DNA of 64,000 nucleotides. Source: Acidimicrobiia bacterium (GTDB lineage Bacteria > Actinomycetota > Acidimicrobiia > Spongiisociales > UBA11373). Of the stretch, positions 37,718-47,419 are shown one piece after another (the first letter of the stretch is position 1; every line of letters begins with the position of its first letter). A program made the position numbers and the translations under genes. The DNA lies in contig JBBDMM010000010.1 of the NCBI GenBank assembly GCA_040878325.1, forward strand, positions 124,001-188,000. The letters run 5' to 3'. The notes beneath the pieces are model-generated. The model had not been told where the DNA came from, made no database searches, and was given only the letters and a program-made list of their open reading frames with translations.

Positions 37718-38043
37718 TACAGCGTTTTCCGATCGCCCGGATCGAAGAGTTGCCGCTGGGCACCGGCCTTCTGGTCGAGGTTGCCGGCCACCGGATCGCC
37801 CTCTTCCGCATCGGCGACGATGTCTACGGCATCGGCGACCGCTGCAGCCACGCCGAGGCGTCTCTCGCCGAGGGCGAGTTGTTCGACAACATGGTCGAGT
37901 GCCCCCGCCACGGCTCGGAGTTCGACGTGACCAACGGCAAGCCGCACACCCTTCCGGCGACCCAGCCCGTGCCGGTGTACGAGATCATCCGTGATGGCAA
38001 CGACCTTTATGTCGACGTCGAGCCGGTGGAGGAGAACGAATGA
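37714..38043 (+). CDS. Rieske-type ferredoxin
   Basis: CSH...ECPRHGS; GTG overlaps the sufD stop. Confidence 0.9.
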   Translation: MIQRFPIARIEELPLGTGLLVEVAGHRIALFRIGDDVYGIGDRCSHAEASLAEGELFDNMVECPRHGSEFDVTNGKPHTLPATQPVPVYEIIRDGNDLYVDVEPVEENE

Positions 38044-38804
38044 ACGCTCTTGAGATCTCCGGGCTGGTGGTCCGCTTCGGCGAGTTGACCATCCTTGACG
38101 GGGTCGACCTCGCCGTTCCCTTCGGGGAACTCCACGTGCTGATGGGTCCCAACGGCTCGGGGAAGTCGACGCTGTGCCATGCGGCGATGGGCCGCCCCGG
38201 ATACGAGGCCGCCGGCTCGGTGAAGGTCAACGGCGTCGAAGTGCTCGGCAAGCCGGTGGAGGATCGGGCCCGCGCCGGGTTGTTCGAAGGCTTCCAGTAC
38301 CCGGTCGAGGTAGCGGGGGTGACGCTGCGGGAGTTGATCGCGGAGATGGCCCTCGTCGGTGGACCCGAGGTGGGGGAGCGGGCACTGCAGGCGGCGGTCG
38401 ACCTCGACCTCGAACCGTTCATCGACCGCTTCGTCAACGTCGGCCTATCAGGGGGCGAGAAAAAGAAGTCGGAGATCGTCCAGTTGCTCGGGCTGAGCCC
38501 CAAGGCGGCGATCCTCGACGAGATCGACTCTGGCCTCGACGTCGACGCAGTGCGCGATGTCGCCGGAGCGGTGCAGGGGATGCGCGGGCCTGAACTCGGC
38601 GTGCTGGTGATCACCCACTACGCCCGGGTGCTGCGCTATCTCGACGTCGACCGGGTCCACGTGATGATGAAGGGCAAGATCGTCCGCAGCGGAGGCCGCG
38701 AACTCGCCGACGAACTCGACTCGGTCGGCTACGAAGGCATCCGCAAGGAACTTGGCCTGGAGGCGGAGCAGGAGGAGTCGGGGGACTTCCTCAAGGGGTT
38801 GTGA
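38040..38804 (+). CDS. sufC: Fe-S assembly ATPase SufC (copy 1)
   Basis: MGPNGSGKST, FQYPVEVAGV, LSGGEKKK, ILDEIDSGLDVDA, ITHY. Confidence 0.9.
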   Translation: MNALEISGLVVRFGELTILDGVDLAVPFGELHVLMGPNGSGKSTLCHAAMGRPGYEAAGSVKVNGVEVLGKPVEDRARAGLFEGFQYPVEVAGVTLRELIAEMALVGGPEVGERALQAAVDLDLEPFIDRFVNVGLSGGEKKKSEIVQLLGLSPKAAILDEIDSGLDVDAVRDVAGAVQGMRGPELGVLVITHYARVLRYLDVDRVHVMMKGKIVRSGGRELADELDSVGYEGIRKELGLEAEQEESGDFLKGL

Positions 38805-38855
38805 TCCCCGTTGGGGTGGAGGTGGGGGTCGGCTCGCCAACGCAGCATCCGGTGG

Positions 38856-39245
38856 TCAGGTTCCCCAACCCTCAGGAGGCTCGAATGAGCCGGGTTGGTA
38901 GTGCCAGTACTCGCGGAGCCGCCGGCATCGGCCGTCGGGGGCGAAATCGAGCAGCAAGGCGCCGGGGAGGGTGACCGGATCGCCGTCGACCTGCATGTTG
39001 GTCCAGAACTCGACGGTGACCCGATCGCCGTCGGCGAACGGGCGGCCCATGCGGACCCGGACTTCGCTTTGCGCCGCGGTCACGGCCGTCCAGTAGTCGG
39101 CGACGCCCTCCTGGCCCCGATGAGGTTCCTCGAAGATGTTGGCCCGGTAGGTGGCGTCCTCCGTGAACAAGGCAGCCGCGGCGTCGGCGTCGAGTTCCTG
39201 CCAGGCGCGGCGGTACCCGTCGATCCACTCCTGCAGGCTCGCCAT
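38856..39245 (-). CDS. NTF2/SnoaL-like protein
   Basis: YRRAW..DADAAAALFTEDATY...LREYW. Confidence 0.85.
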   Translation of the reverse strand: MASLQEWIDGYRRAWQELDADAAAALFTEDATYRANIFEEPHRGQEGVADYWTAVTAAQSEVRVRMGRPFADGDRVTVEFWTNMQVDGDPVTLPGALLLDFAPDGRCRRLREYWHYQPGSFEPPEGWGT

Positions 39246-39391
39246 TTCCCCTCCTCACTCCGGGTCTGCCCGCAGGCTACGTGTTCCAAGGGTGCTCGCA
39301 ACGGTGGCGCCGCCCGGGAGCCCTCCGCCCCTACCAACCGCCGTTCCGACACTCCTACCCTTGATGCCGTAGCCGACAAGGAGCCCGTGCG

Positions 39392-40780
39392 ATGAGGGTC
39401 GAGAAGGATTCGATGGGCGAGGTCGAGGTTCCCGACGACGCCTACTACGGGGCGTCGACCCAGCGGGCTGTCGACAACTTTCCGATCTCGGACCTTCGGT
39501 TTGGTCGCCGGTTCATCGAGGCGTTGGGGATGATCAAGTCGGCGGCGGCGTCAGTGAACGGCGAGGCGGGGCGTCTCGACGGTGCGATCGCCGGGGCGAT
39601 CGTCAACGCTGCCGAGGAGGTCGTGGCCGGGGTCCACGACGGCCAGTTCGTGGTCGACATCTTCCAGACCGGTTCGGGCACTTCCACCAACACCAACGCC
39701 AACGAGGTGATCGCCAATCGGGCATCCGAACTGCTCGGGCATGGCCGGGGGAGCAAGTTCGTGCATCCCAACGATCACGTCAATGCCGGGCAGTCCTCCA
39801 ACGACGTGATTCCGGCGGCGATCCATGTGACTGCCGTCTCCACCCTCCGCCGCGAGACCATCCCCGCCCTCGAGCGCCTTGCGGTCGCCCTTGAGGCGAA
39901 GGCATCTGAGTTCGATCACATCCTCAAGTCGGGCCGCACCCATCTGATGGATGCCACCCCGGTGCGTCTTGGCCAGGAGTTCGGCGGATACGCCGCCATG
40001 GTGCGCAAGAGCGTCGAGCGGCTCCAGGCGGCCCTCCCCGGTTTGGAGGAACTGGCTCTGGGCGGCACCGCGGTGGGTACCGGAATCAACGCTCCCGAGG
40101 GTTTCGCCGCCGCGGTTATCGGCAAGATCGCCGAGCGCACCGGCTACCCGTTCCGGGAGGCCGACGACCACTTCGAGGCCCAGGGCTCGAAAGACGCCGC
40201 GGTCCACGCCAGTGGGGCGCTGCGTACCGTTGCCGTGTCGCTGTTCAAGATTGCCAACGACCTCCGCTGGCTCGGGTCGGGCCCCCGCACCGGCATCGGC
40301 GAGTTGCGGCTCCCCGAGACCCAGCCGGGGTCGTCGATCATGCCGGGGAAGGTGAACCCGGTGATGGCCGAGATGGTGATGCAGGTGGCCGCCCAGGTGA
40401 TCGGCAACGATGCCGCGGTGGCGTGGGCGGGTGCCAACGGCAACCTCGAACTGAACGTGATGATGCCGGTGCTCGCCCACAACCTGGTCGAATCCGCCGA
40501 ACTGATCGGATCTGCCGCCGACGCCTTCCGGGAGAAGTGCATCGAGGGCCTCGAGGCCAACGAGGAGCGGGCGGCGGCGCTGCTGGCGCAGAACATCATC
40601 ATCGTCACCGCCCTGGCCCCCAAGATCGGCTACGACACCGCCGCCAAGATCGCCAAGGAAGCGTTCGCCTCAGGCAGGGGCGTGCGTGAGGTGGCGCTGG
40701 AGATGGGCGTGCTTCCCGAAGAGGATCTCGACAAGGCCCTCGACCTCCGCGGGATGACCGAAGGCGGCGTCGCCGGCTAG
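39392..40780 (+). CDS. fumC: Class II fumarate hydratase
   Basis: [33 protein letters not shown]. Confidence 0.95.
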   Translation: MRVEKDSMGEVEVPDDAYYGASTQRAVDNFPISDLRFGRRFIEALGMIKSAAASVNGEAGRLDGAIAGAIVNAAEEVVAGVHDGQFVVDIFQTGSGTSTNTNANEVIANRASELLGHGRGSKFVHPNDHVNAGQSSNDVIPAAIHVTAVSTLRRETIPALERLAVALEAKASEFDHILKSGRTHLMDATPVRLGQEFGGYAAMVRKSVERLQAALPGLEELALGGTAVGTGINAPEGFAAAVIGKIAERTGYPFREADDHFEAQGSKDAAVHASGALRTVAVSLFKIANDLRWLGSGPRTGIGELRLPETQPGSSIMPGKVNPVMAEMVMQVAAQVIGNDAAVAWAGANGNLELNVMMPVLAHNLVESAELIGSAADAFREKCIEGLEANEERAAALLAQNIIIVTALAPKIGYDTAAKIAKEAFASGRGVREVALEMGVLPEEDLDKALDLRGMTEGGVAG

Positions 40781-40781
40781 T

Positions 40782-41183
40782 TCAGGTCGCGGCGGTCCAG
40801 TCGATCCAGAACGCCGCGACGTCAGCCGGGTCGATCTTCACGGTCAGCCGCGACCCCGGCGTGAGGCGGGCGAGTTGGGTCAGCTGCACGATCTGGCTGG
40901 CCGTCACCGGATAGGGCGGCCGGCCGGTCGGGAAGACCAAGAGGTCGATTTCAACGACTGGTTGCCCGTTCACCTGCTGCCCGGTGTCGCGTAGCGCGGT
41001 GACCTGAGCCGTGGCCGACTCGCCGGTGGATGCGAGCCGGGCGCCGAGGGTTTGTTGCTCCATCATGTGAGTCATCGCCGCCATGGCGGCCGATGCTTCC
41101 CGCATCTGGGCGGCGGGGTCGAAGCCGGCGGATGCCTCCTTCGACACCTTGTTGAGGTTCTTGAGGTCCTTCAGGAATCCCAT
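40782..41183 (-). CDS. Hypothetical protein (helical N-terminus, beta-rich C-terminus)
   Basis: GGAGG RBS; MGFLK start. Confidence 0.7.
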   Translation of the reverse strand: MGFLKDLKNLNKVSKEASAGFDPAAQMREASAAMAAMTHMMEQQTLGARLASTGESATAQVTALRDTGQQVNGQPVVEIDLLVFPTGRPPYPVTASQIVQLTQLARLTPGSRLTVKIDPADVAAFWIDWTAAT

Positions 41184-41196
41184 GTTCGCCTCCCGC

Positions 41197-41607
41197 TCAC
41201 AGCGCCGACGTCTGTTGGAATAGGGTCCCGAACTGGACGGCGAGCGCCATGTTGCCCTGGAAACGCGAGTTCCATCCGTCGTACGCGGCCTGCCAATCCT
41301 CTGGCGTGTGCCCGTGCTTCCGGACCAGTGCTTCGGTCCCTGCCTGGTCGAGCGTCTTCTCGCCGACCGTCTTGGCGATCTGCGCGTAACGCTCCATCGA
41401 AATGCCGCCGATTGGCTCCAGCATGGCGGGATCGATCGATCCGGCGCTGCCCGCAGTGGCCGCCTGTGCCACTGCGGCCTGCGCCATCGCCGCCTGCGCG
41501 ACCTGCATCTCCTGGGCCTGCGCGGACAGTTGCTGGGCCTGCTCGATCATTTCCGGCACCCCGGCGATGGTCTCCTTGACTTCCTTGATCTCCTTGAAGA
41601 AACCCAT
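41197..41607 (-). CDS. Hypothetical Ala/Gln-rich protein
   Basis: MGFFK start after AAGGA; host-like codon usage. Confidence 0.7.
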   Translation of the reverse strand: MGFFKEIKEVKETIAGVPEMIEQAQQLSAQAQEMQVAQAAMAQAAVAQAATAGSAGSIDPAMLEPIGGISMERYAQIAKTVGEKTLDQAGTEALVRKHGHTPEDWQAAYDGWNSRFQGNMALAVQFGTLFQQTSAL

Positions 41608-41722
41608 GACCATCCTTCGCTCAGGGAGGCGAACCATACCGGTCGTCTGGCGGAGCGTGCTTGAGTTGGCAGTGGCCGGGGTAGAAGGAGGGGCACTTTG
41701 ACCCGGATAATCTGGAGCAGAA

Positions 41723-42571
41723 ATGACATTTCGTAGGGGAGCAAAGCTCGATCCCGGGCAGGTGCGTGATCGTCGTGGAATGGGCGGCGGTCTCGCCGTC
41801 GGCGGCGGACTCGCGGGACTCATCGGTGTTGTGCTGTTCCTAGTGATGGGCGGCGATCCATCTCAGGTGCTGGGTTCGCTCGGGGGAGAGACGGTGGGAG
41901 GCGAACAGACCACCGACCTCAGCGAGGAGTGCAAGACCGGCGCCGACGCCAACGAGCGCGACGACTGCCGCATCGTCGGGTACGTCAACAGCGTCCAGGC
42001 CTACTGGCTGGGTGCCCTGGAGGGGTACCAATTGGCTCCCACCACCTTCTTCGAGGGGAGCGTCAACACCGGCTGCGGAGTGGCGTCGAGTGCCGTGGGT
42101 CCCTTCTATTGCCCGCCCGATGCCGGGATCTACATAGACCTGGGCTTCTTCGAGGAGATGAAGAAGCGCCTCGGCGCCGAGGGCGGTCCTTTCGCCCAGG
42201 CCTACGTCATCGCCCACGAGTACGGCCATCACGTCCAGAACCTGATGGGCAACCTGGGCTCGGGAAGCAGGGGTGCGGGTGAAGAGAGCGACTCGGTGCG
42301 CACCGAACTGCAGGCCGACTGCTTCGCAGGCGTCTGGGCCCATCACGCGGTGGCGACCGGGTTCCTCCAGCCGCTTACGCAGGACGAGATCGGCCAAGCG
42401 CTGGATGCGGCTGCGGCGGTCGGCGACGATCGGATCCAGGAACAGACCCAGGGCCAGGTGAATCCCGAGACCTGGACCCACGGCTCATCCGCGCAACGCC
42501 AGGAGTGGTTCCGGGTCGGGTTGGACACCGGCGACCCCGGGGCTTGTGACACCTTCGAGGCGGACCTCTAG
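41723..42571 (+). CDS. Neutral zinc metallopeptidase (YpfJ-like)
   Basis: GPFYCP, AHEYGHHVQ, ELQADCFAG, THGSS. Confidence 0.92.
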   Translation: MTFRRGAKLDPGQVRDRRGMGGGLAVGGGLAGLIGVVLFLVMGGDPSQVLGSLGGETVGGEQTTDLSEECKTGADANERDDCRIVGYVNSVQAYWLGALEGYQLAPTTFFEGSVNTGCGVASSAVGPFYCPPDAGIYIDLGFFEEMKKRLGAEGGPFAQAYVIAHEYGHHVQNLMGNLGSGSRGAGEESDSVRTELQADCFAGVWAHHAVATGFLQPLTQDEIGQALDAAAAVGDDRIQEQTQGQVNPETWTHGSSAQRQEWFRVGLDTGDPGACDTFEADL

Positions 42572-42578
42572 GTCGACC

Positions 42579-43055
42579 TCACCCCCCGGCCTTGGCGATG
42601 AGGTAACCCTCGGCTCGTTCGGCCATTTCATACCGGCTCACCAGCGACTTGAACCGCTCGCCGTGGTTGGCGACTTCGAGGTGGGCCAACTCGTGCACCA
42701 GCACCCAGTCGAGCACCCATCCCGGCATTGAGGCGAGCCTGCTCGAAATTCTGATCGTGCCGTTCCGCGGCGAGCAGGAGCCCCACCGCGAGTTCTGCCG
42801 CTCAGACCACACGATGCTGGTGGGGGCGCGGAGGCCGTACTTGTTGGCGACCTCGCGGGCACGAGTCTCGAGGTCGACCGTCTCTTGCGAGAGCTTGCGG
42901 GTGACCTTCCCGACGAGCTCCGTGACGACGGCGGCTTCCTCATCCTCGGAGAGGTGGGCGGGGATGAGAACCCGCAACCGCCCGTTGGCCTCGTAGGCCT
43001 GGGCGGTTCGGGTGCGTTTCCTGCTGCGGATCACATCGATTGGCAGATCACTCAT
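42579..43055 (-). CDS. YgjP/DUF45-like zinc metallohydrolase
   Basis: RWGSCS, VLVHELAH. Confidence 0.85.
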   Translation of the reverse strand: MSDLPIDVIRSRKRTRTAQAYEANGRLRVLIPAHLSEDEEAAVVTELVGKVTRKLSQETVDLETRAREVANKYGLRAPTSIVWSERQNSRWGSCSPRNGTIRISSRLASMPGWVLDWVLVHELAHLEVANHGERFKSLVSRYEMAERAEGYLIAKAGG

Positions 43056-43484
43056 GTCCGGGATCGTAAGCGCGGGGTGCGACAGAGTTGCGGAGTCAAG
43101 CGCCAGGAAGAAGGTGCCCGATTCCGCCGAGCGACGGGGATGACCGTCGAGTACACCCTCGGCTACACGGTGCGATCCGTCAACGACGACCCGCTATGCG
43201 ATGCGGTGGTGCGCCATGTCTTCAGCAGATCAGGTACGGCACAAGGTGGGGTCGTTGAGGTGGTGCTCGCTGCCGATCACTTCGAGATCGTGTCGCTGGA
43301 GGGGCCCGAGTGCGGGACCGGGCCAAATTGGGACACGACCGGTCGTGACGACATCACCGCCGAGTGGGCGCGCCAGGTTGCGGTCACCTTCCACGGAACG
43401 ATTGCGAGCGGCGTTCTCACCGGGACCGTCGCTGAGGAGGGGGCGGGGAGTTCCTCGAGATCAGCGCGACGAAGAGTTGATCAG

Positions 43485-44075
43485 TCAGGTACAGAGATCC
43501 TGGTGCGCCTTGAAGTCGAGGTAGGCGGAGCCCAGCAGGCTGGAGCCGAAGTCCTCTCGATACTTGAAGAAGGCGATGCAGTACACGAACTCCATCCGAT
43601 CGCGAGTTTCCGAGTCCTCCGGGTAGGTGAGCATCACCGCGGCGGTGGCGTCGAGGTAGAACTCGGCGTAGCGGCGTTCGGCGGTTGGACCGCCGCCGTA
43701 GGCCTCCTGAGCCAGGCCATACGCCGCGGCCAGGTCGGCTTTCGCTGCCTCATCGTCTCCGGCGATCCGGTTGAACCATGATCGGTACATCAGATAGCGC
43801 GGATCGGCTGGTCTCGACTGCACCGCGTCATTGGCCAGCCCGATCTTCGTACCGATCCCGAGGTCAGGGTCGAGAGCCTGGGTGATCTCCGCTTGGGCTT
43901 TCTCGTCGTCACTTCGGGCGTCAGTGGTTGACCCGGCGGCCTGAACGTCGGTCGGGTTCTCCGGCGCGCTGAGGTCGCCTCCGCCCGCTGACCCTTCCAC
44001 GAACTCCAGCAACTCCCCGTAGCTGCACGCACTCAGAAGCAGCGACGCCAGGAAGACAGGGATCACTCGTTTCAT
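43485..44075 (-). CDS. Hypothetical lipoprotein
   Basis: MKR...LLLSAC lipobox. Confidence 0.7.
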   Translation of the reverse strand: MKRVIPVFLASLLLSACSYGELLEFVEGSAGGGDLSAPENPTDVQAAGSTTDARSDDEKAQAEITQALDPDLGIGTKIGLANDAVQSRPADPRYLMYRSWFNRIAGDDEAAKADLAAAYGLAQEAYGGGPTAERRYAEFYLDATAAVMLTYPEDSETRDRMEFVYCIAFFKYREDFGSSLLGSAYLDFKAHQDLCT

Positions 44076-44707
44076 GGCTCCGGCCTCTCCAACTCGAACT
44101 GCGCTTCGCCTTCCTCCAGCGAGGCTCCCGTCGAGAGGGACCGCAGCATGTCTGCGACGAGCGCCGTCATGGTGAAGACGTAGGGACCCTCCTCGTCGGC
44201 CCCCGCGATCCTGAGGACCATGCGGGTGATGTTCTGCTCGGCGATCACCGGATGAGTGAGCACCGAGTTCACGAGGAGGGTCGCCTGGTCGTCATCCTCC
44301 GCATACAGCCCGGCCGAGTCGCCGAACTCGATGACTACGAGGGACGACCCAGTACCCGAGATCGGCCAGACGAAGATCTCGATCCCGGTGAGGTCGATGC
44401 CGGCATCCTCCAGGTCCGCAAGGATGAGCAGCGTGGCGATCTCGTCTGGTGGACCGCCGAGAACCGCGTTGACCCCGGTCGCCGGCTCGGAGGGGGGCAT
44501 CGGTTCAATCGAGAAGATGTCTACCAAGAACGGGTCGAGTGTGGTCGTCGTGGTGGGCGGAAGAGTGGTGGTCGTCGGTCCGCTTGACGTGACGGTGGTC
44601 GCACTGGCAGCGGTCGATGTGGTGGCGATCGGATTGGACGATCCGTCACCTCCGCCGCAGGCCGCGGCGACAAGGGTGAGGATGACCACCAGGCCCCTCT
44701 GGCGCAT
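44072..44707 (-). CDS. Hypothetical Thr-rich lipoprotein
   Basis: LVAAAC lipobox, poly-Thr linker; 4-bp overlap with the next gene. Confidence 0.72.
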   Translation of the reverse strand: MRQRGLVVILTLVAAACGGGDGSSNPIATTSTAASATTVTSSGPTTTTLPPTTTTTLDPFLVDIFSIEPMPPSEPATGVNAVLGGPPDEIATLLILADLEDAGIDLTGIEIFVWPISGTGSSLVVIEFGDSAGLYAEDDDQATLLVNSVLTHPVIAEQNITRMVLRIAGADEEGPYVFTMTALVADMLRSLSTGASLEEGEAQFELERPEP

Positions 44708-44744
44708 CAGGGAACGCTAGCGGGGAAGGCGTCGTGGTGGAGGT

Positions 44745-45191
44745 TCACCCCACCCCGGCGAGCGCCTCCTGCAGGGTGGCCCAGGGGAGGTCGGCACACT
44801 TGATCCGCACCGGGAAACGGCGGACTCCGGCCAGTGCCTCGAGGTCGCCGAGGACGGCACCGGGACGCTCCGGATCTACCCCGGAATCGCCGGGCTCGAT
44901 GTCGAGGAGACGCTTGACCTGGTGAACCAGTTCGTCGATCTCCGTGGTGGAAAGGCCGATCAACTTGTCGGCCATCATCGACCCGGACGCCTGGCTGATC
45001 GAGCATCCCCGGCCCCTCACCGCCACATCGGTCACTTTGCCGTCTTCGATCCGCAGTTCGACGGTGACCTCGTCGCCGCAGAGTGGGTTCACACCCTCGG
45101 CCCGGGCGTCGGCTCCCTCGATGTGGCCGGCGTGTCGGGGCTTGCGGTAGTGGTCGAGGATGACCTGCCGGTACAACTCGTCAAGCGACAC
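44745..45191 (-). CDS. sufU: SufU sulfur-transfer protein
   Basis: LYRQVILDH, NPLCGD, GCSISQAS, RIKCA; GTG 45191. Confidence 0.92.
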   Translation of the reverse strand: MSLDELYRQVILDHYRKPRHAGHIEGADARAEGVNPLCGDEVTVELRIEDGKVTDVAVRGRGCSISQASGSMMADKLIGLSTTEIDELVHQVKRLLDIEPGDSGVDPERPGAVLGDLEALAGVRRFPVRIKCADLPWATLQEALAGVG

Positions 45192-46410
45192 CGAAGATCC
45201 TCCTCGCCTCGTGCAGTGCCGCCACGAGGGCGTCGACCTCTTCGGGAATGTTGTAGACGTAAAAGGATGCCCGAGCGGTCGCCGGCACACCGAGCACTCG
45301 CATCAACGGCTTGGCGCAGTGGTGACCGGCCCGAATCGCCACCCCGGCTTGATCGAGAATGGTGGCCAGGTCGTGGGGGTGGATGTCGGCGAGGGTGAAC
45401 GACACCGCCGCCCCCCGCTTCTGGGGATCCATTGGCCCGTAAATCGTCAGGTCGGGGATCTCCGAGAGTTTCTCCAACGCGTATGCGGTGATCTCGATCT
45501 CGTGGGCGCGCACCTCGTCCATCCCGACTTTGGATAGGTAGTCGACGGCGGCACCGAACCCGATGGCCTGGGCGATCGGGGGGGTACCCGCCTCGAACTT
45601 GTGGGGCACTTCGGCCCAGGTGGATGCTTCGAAATCGACGTCGCGGATCATCTCGCCGCCGCCCTCGGCGGGCTCCATCTCCTCGAGGCGCTCCATCCGT
45701 CCCCACATCGCCCCGACTCCGGTGGGGCCGAGCATCTTGTGGGCGCTGAAGGCCACGAAGTCCGCGCCCATCGCCTGAACATCGACGGCCGAATGCGGGA
45801 TGAGCTGGGCGCCGTCGACGACGGTGAGGGCGCCGACGGCCTTGGCGGCGGCAACGGCCTCGGCGACCGGCCCGAACGAGCCGAGCACATTCGACATGCC
45901 CGAGATCGACACGATCTTTGCCCGCTCGTCGACCACTTCCCCGATGCGAGAGATGTCCACCATGAAGTCCTCGGTGAGCGGCAGGTAGACGAGTTCGGCT
46001 CCCGTGTGGCGGGTGATCAACTGCCAGGGCACGACGTTGGCGTGGTGCTCCATATGGGTGAGGACGATGCGATCGCCGGGCTTCAGGTGGTAGAGGCCCC
46101 AGCCGTACCCGATGTGGTTGATCGCAGACGTGGTGCTGCGGGTGAACACCACCTCGCGTTCGGTGGTGGCGTTGATGAAGCGGGCGATCTTGAGGCGGGC
46201 GCCCTCGTACAGGTCGGTCGCCTCCTCGGCGAGTTTGTAGGCCCCGCGGTGGACGTTGGCGTTGTGCTTCCGGTAGTAATCGTCGACCGCGTCGAGCACC
46301 TGCACCGGCTTCTGGGTGGTCGCGGCGCTGTCGAGGTAGACGAGCGGCTTGCCGTTCATCTCCCGCGAGAGGATGGGGAAGTCGCTGCGGAGGTGGGCGA
46401 GGTCGGTCAT
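45181..46410 (-). CDS. sufS: Cysteine desulfurase SufS
   Basis: YLDSAATTQKP, SAHKMLGP, RAGHHCA. Confidence 0.95.
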   Translation of the reverse strand: MTDLAHLRSDFPILSREMNGKPLVYLDSAATTQKPVQVLDAVDDYYRKHNANVHRGAYKLAEEATDLYEGARLKIARFINATTEREVVFTRSTTSAINHIGYGWGLYHLKPGDRIVLTHMEHHANVVPWQLITRHTGAELVYLPLTEDFMVDISRIGEVVDERAKIVSISGMSNVLGSFGPVAEAVAAAKAVGALTVVDGAQLIPHSAVDVQAMGADFVAFSAHKMLGPTGVGAMWGRMERLEEMEPAEGGGEMIRDVDFEASTWAEVPHKFEAGTPPIAQAIGFGAAVDYLSKVGMDEVRAHEIEITAYALEKLSEIPDLTIYGPMDPQKRGAAVSFTLADIHPHDLATILDQAGVAIRAGHHCAKPLMRVLGVPATARASFYVYNIPEEVDALVAALHEARRIFGVA

Positions 46411-46430
46411 GGGGCCGCCCTACGGGCGGC

Positions 46431-46540
46431 GCGATGCGCGATGCGCAATGCGCTACCGGCCCAACCTGTCTGAAAACCTCCGACGCGCCGCGCATTGCGC
46501 ATTGCGCATTGCGAGTCGCGCATCGCGCATCGCGCATTGC
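46431..46540. repeat. Inverted period-7 arms (GCRATGC / GCATYGC) between sufC and sufS
   Basis: gcgatgc gcgatgc gcaatgc ... gcattgc x3 gagtcgc gcatcgc x2 gcattgc. Confidence 0.85.
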
Positions 46541-46558
46541 TGGGCGCCGGTAGCGCCC

Positions 46559-47311
46559 TCACGCCTTCACCTCCCGGAACGCGTCGTACCCCTCTTCCTC
46601 GATCCGCTTGGCGAGGTCGGGGCCGCCGGTCTCCACCACCCGGCCGTCCACGAACACGTGAACCACGTCCGGGGTGATGTAGTCGAGCATCCGTTGGTAA
46701 TGGGTGATGATGAGGAAGCCTCGCTCCGGTGAAGCCAGCTGGGTGACACCTTCGGCGACGATCTTCAGGGCGTCGATGTCGAGGCCCGAATCGGTCTCGT
46801 CCATGACCGCCAATTCGGGCTCGAGCACCGACATCTGCAGGATCTCGTTGCGCTTTCGCTCGCCTCCTGAGAAGCCCTCGTTGAGGTACCGGTCGGCGAA
46901 TTCGACCTCCATACCCAATGCCTTCATGGTGTCTGCCACCTTCAGCCGCAGTTCGAGCACCGTGTATTCCGTGCCGGTGCGGTTGCTGAGGGCACTGCGC
47001 AAGAAGTTGACCACCGAGACGCCCGGGATCTCCTCGGGATACTGAAAGGCGAGGAACATTCCGGCCCGGCCCCGCTGGTCGGGGGTCCATGCGGAAATGT
47101 CCTCTCCCTTGAAGAGGATTCGCCCCCCGGTCACCTTGTAGCCGGGGTGGCCCATCAGGACATTGCCGAGCGTGGACTTCCCCGAGCCATTCGGGCCCAT
47201 CAACGCGTGGATCTCGCCCCTCTCGACGACCACCGATACCCCCTTGAGGATCTCGGTCCCCTCGGCAGAGGCGCGCAGGTCTTCGATGACGAGCAACGGG
47301 GGGGAGGACAT
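46559..47311 (-). CDS. sufC: Fe-S assembly ATPase SufC (copy 2)
   Basis: MGPNGSGKST, FQYPEEIPGV, FSGGERKR, DETDSGLDIDA, ITHYQR. Confidence 0.93.
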   Translation of the reverse strand: MSSPPLLVIEDLRASAEGTEILKGVSVVVERGEIHALMGPNGSGKSTLGNVLMGHPGYKVTGGRILFKGEDISAWTPDQRGRAGMFLAFQYPEEIPGVSVVNFLRSALSNRTGTEYTVLELRLKVADTMKALGMEVEFADRYLNEGFSGGERKRNEILQMSVLEPELAVMDETDSGLDIDALKIVAEGVTQLASPERGFLIITHYQRMLDYITPDVVHVFVDGRVVETGGPDLAKRIEEEGYDAFREVKA

Positions 47312-47346
47312 CGTCACAGGGTAAAGGCGGATCGCCAGGTATCGAA

Positions 47347-47412
47347 AAGATTCAAGATTCAAGAATCAAGAATCAAGAACAAGCCCGCTGGCTCTTGGCT
47401 CTTGACTCTTGG
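47347..47412. repeat. Inverted period-7 arms (AAGAWTC / CTCTTGR)
   Basis: aagattc x2 aagaatc x2 ... ctcttgg ctcttga ctcttgg. Confidence 0.8.
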
Positions 47413-47419
47413 TTCCTTC

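Noticed and set aside
43140..43480. Possible + strand gene or fragment (MTVEYTLGY...)
   Set aside because: No recognisable motif, and the frame runs antisense into the 43485-44075 gene; cannot be supported.
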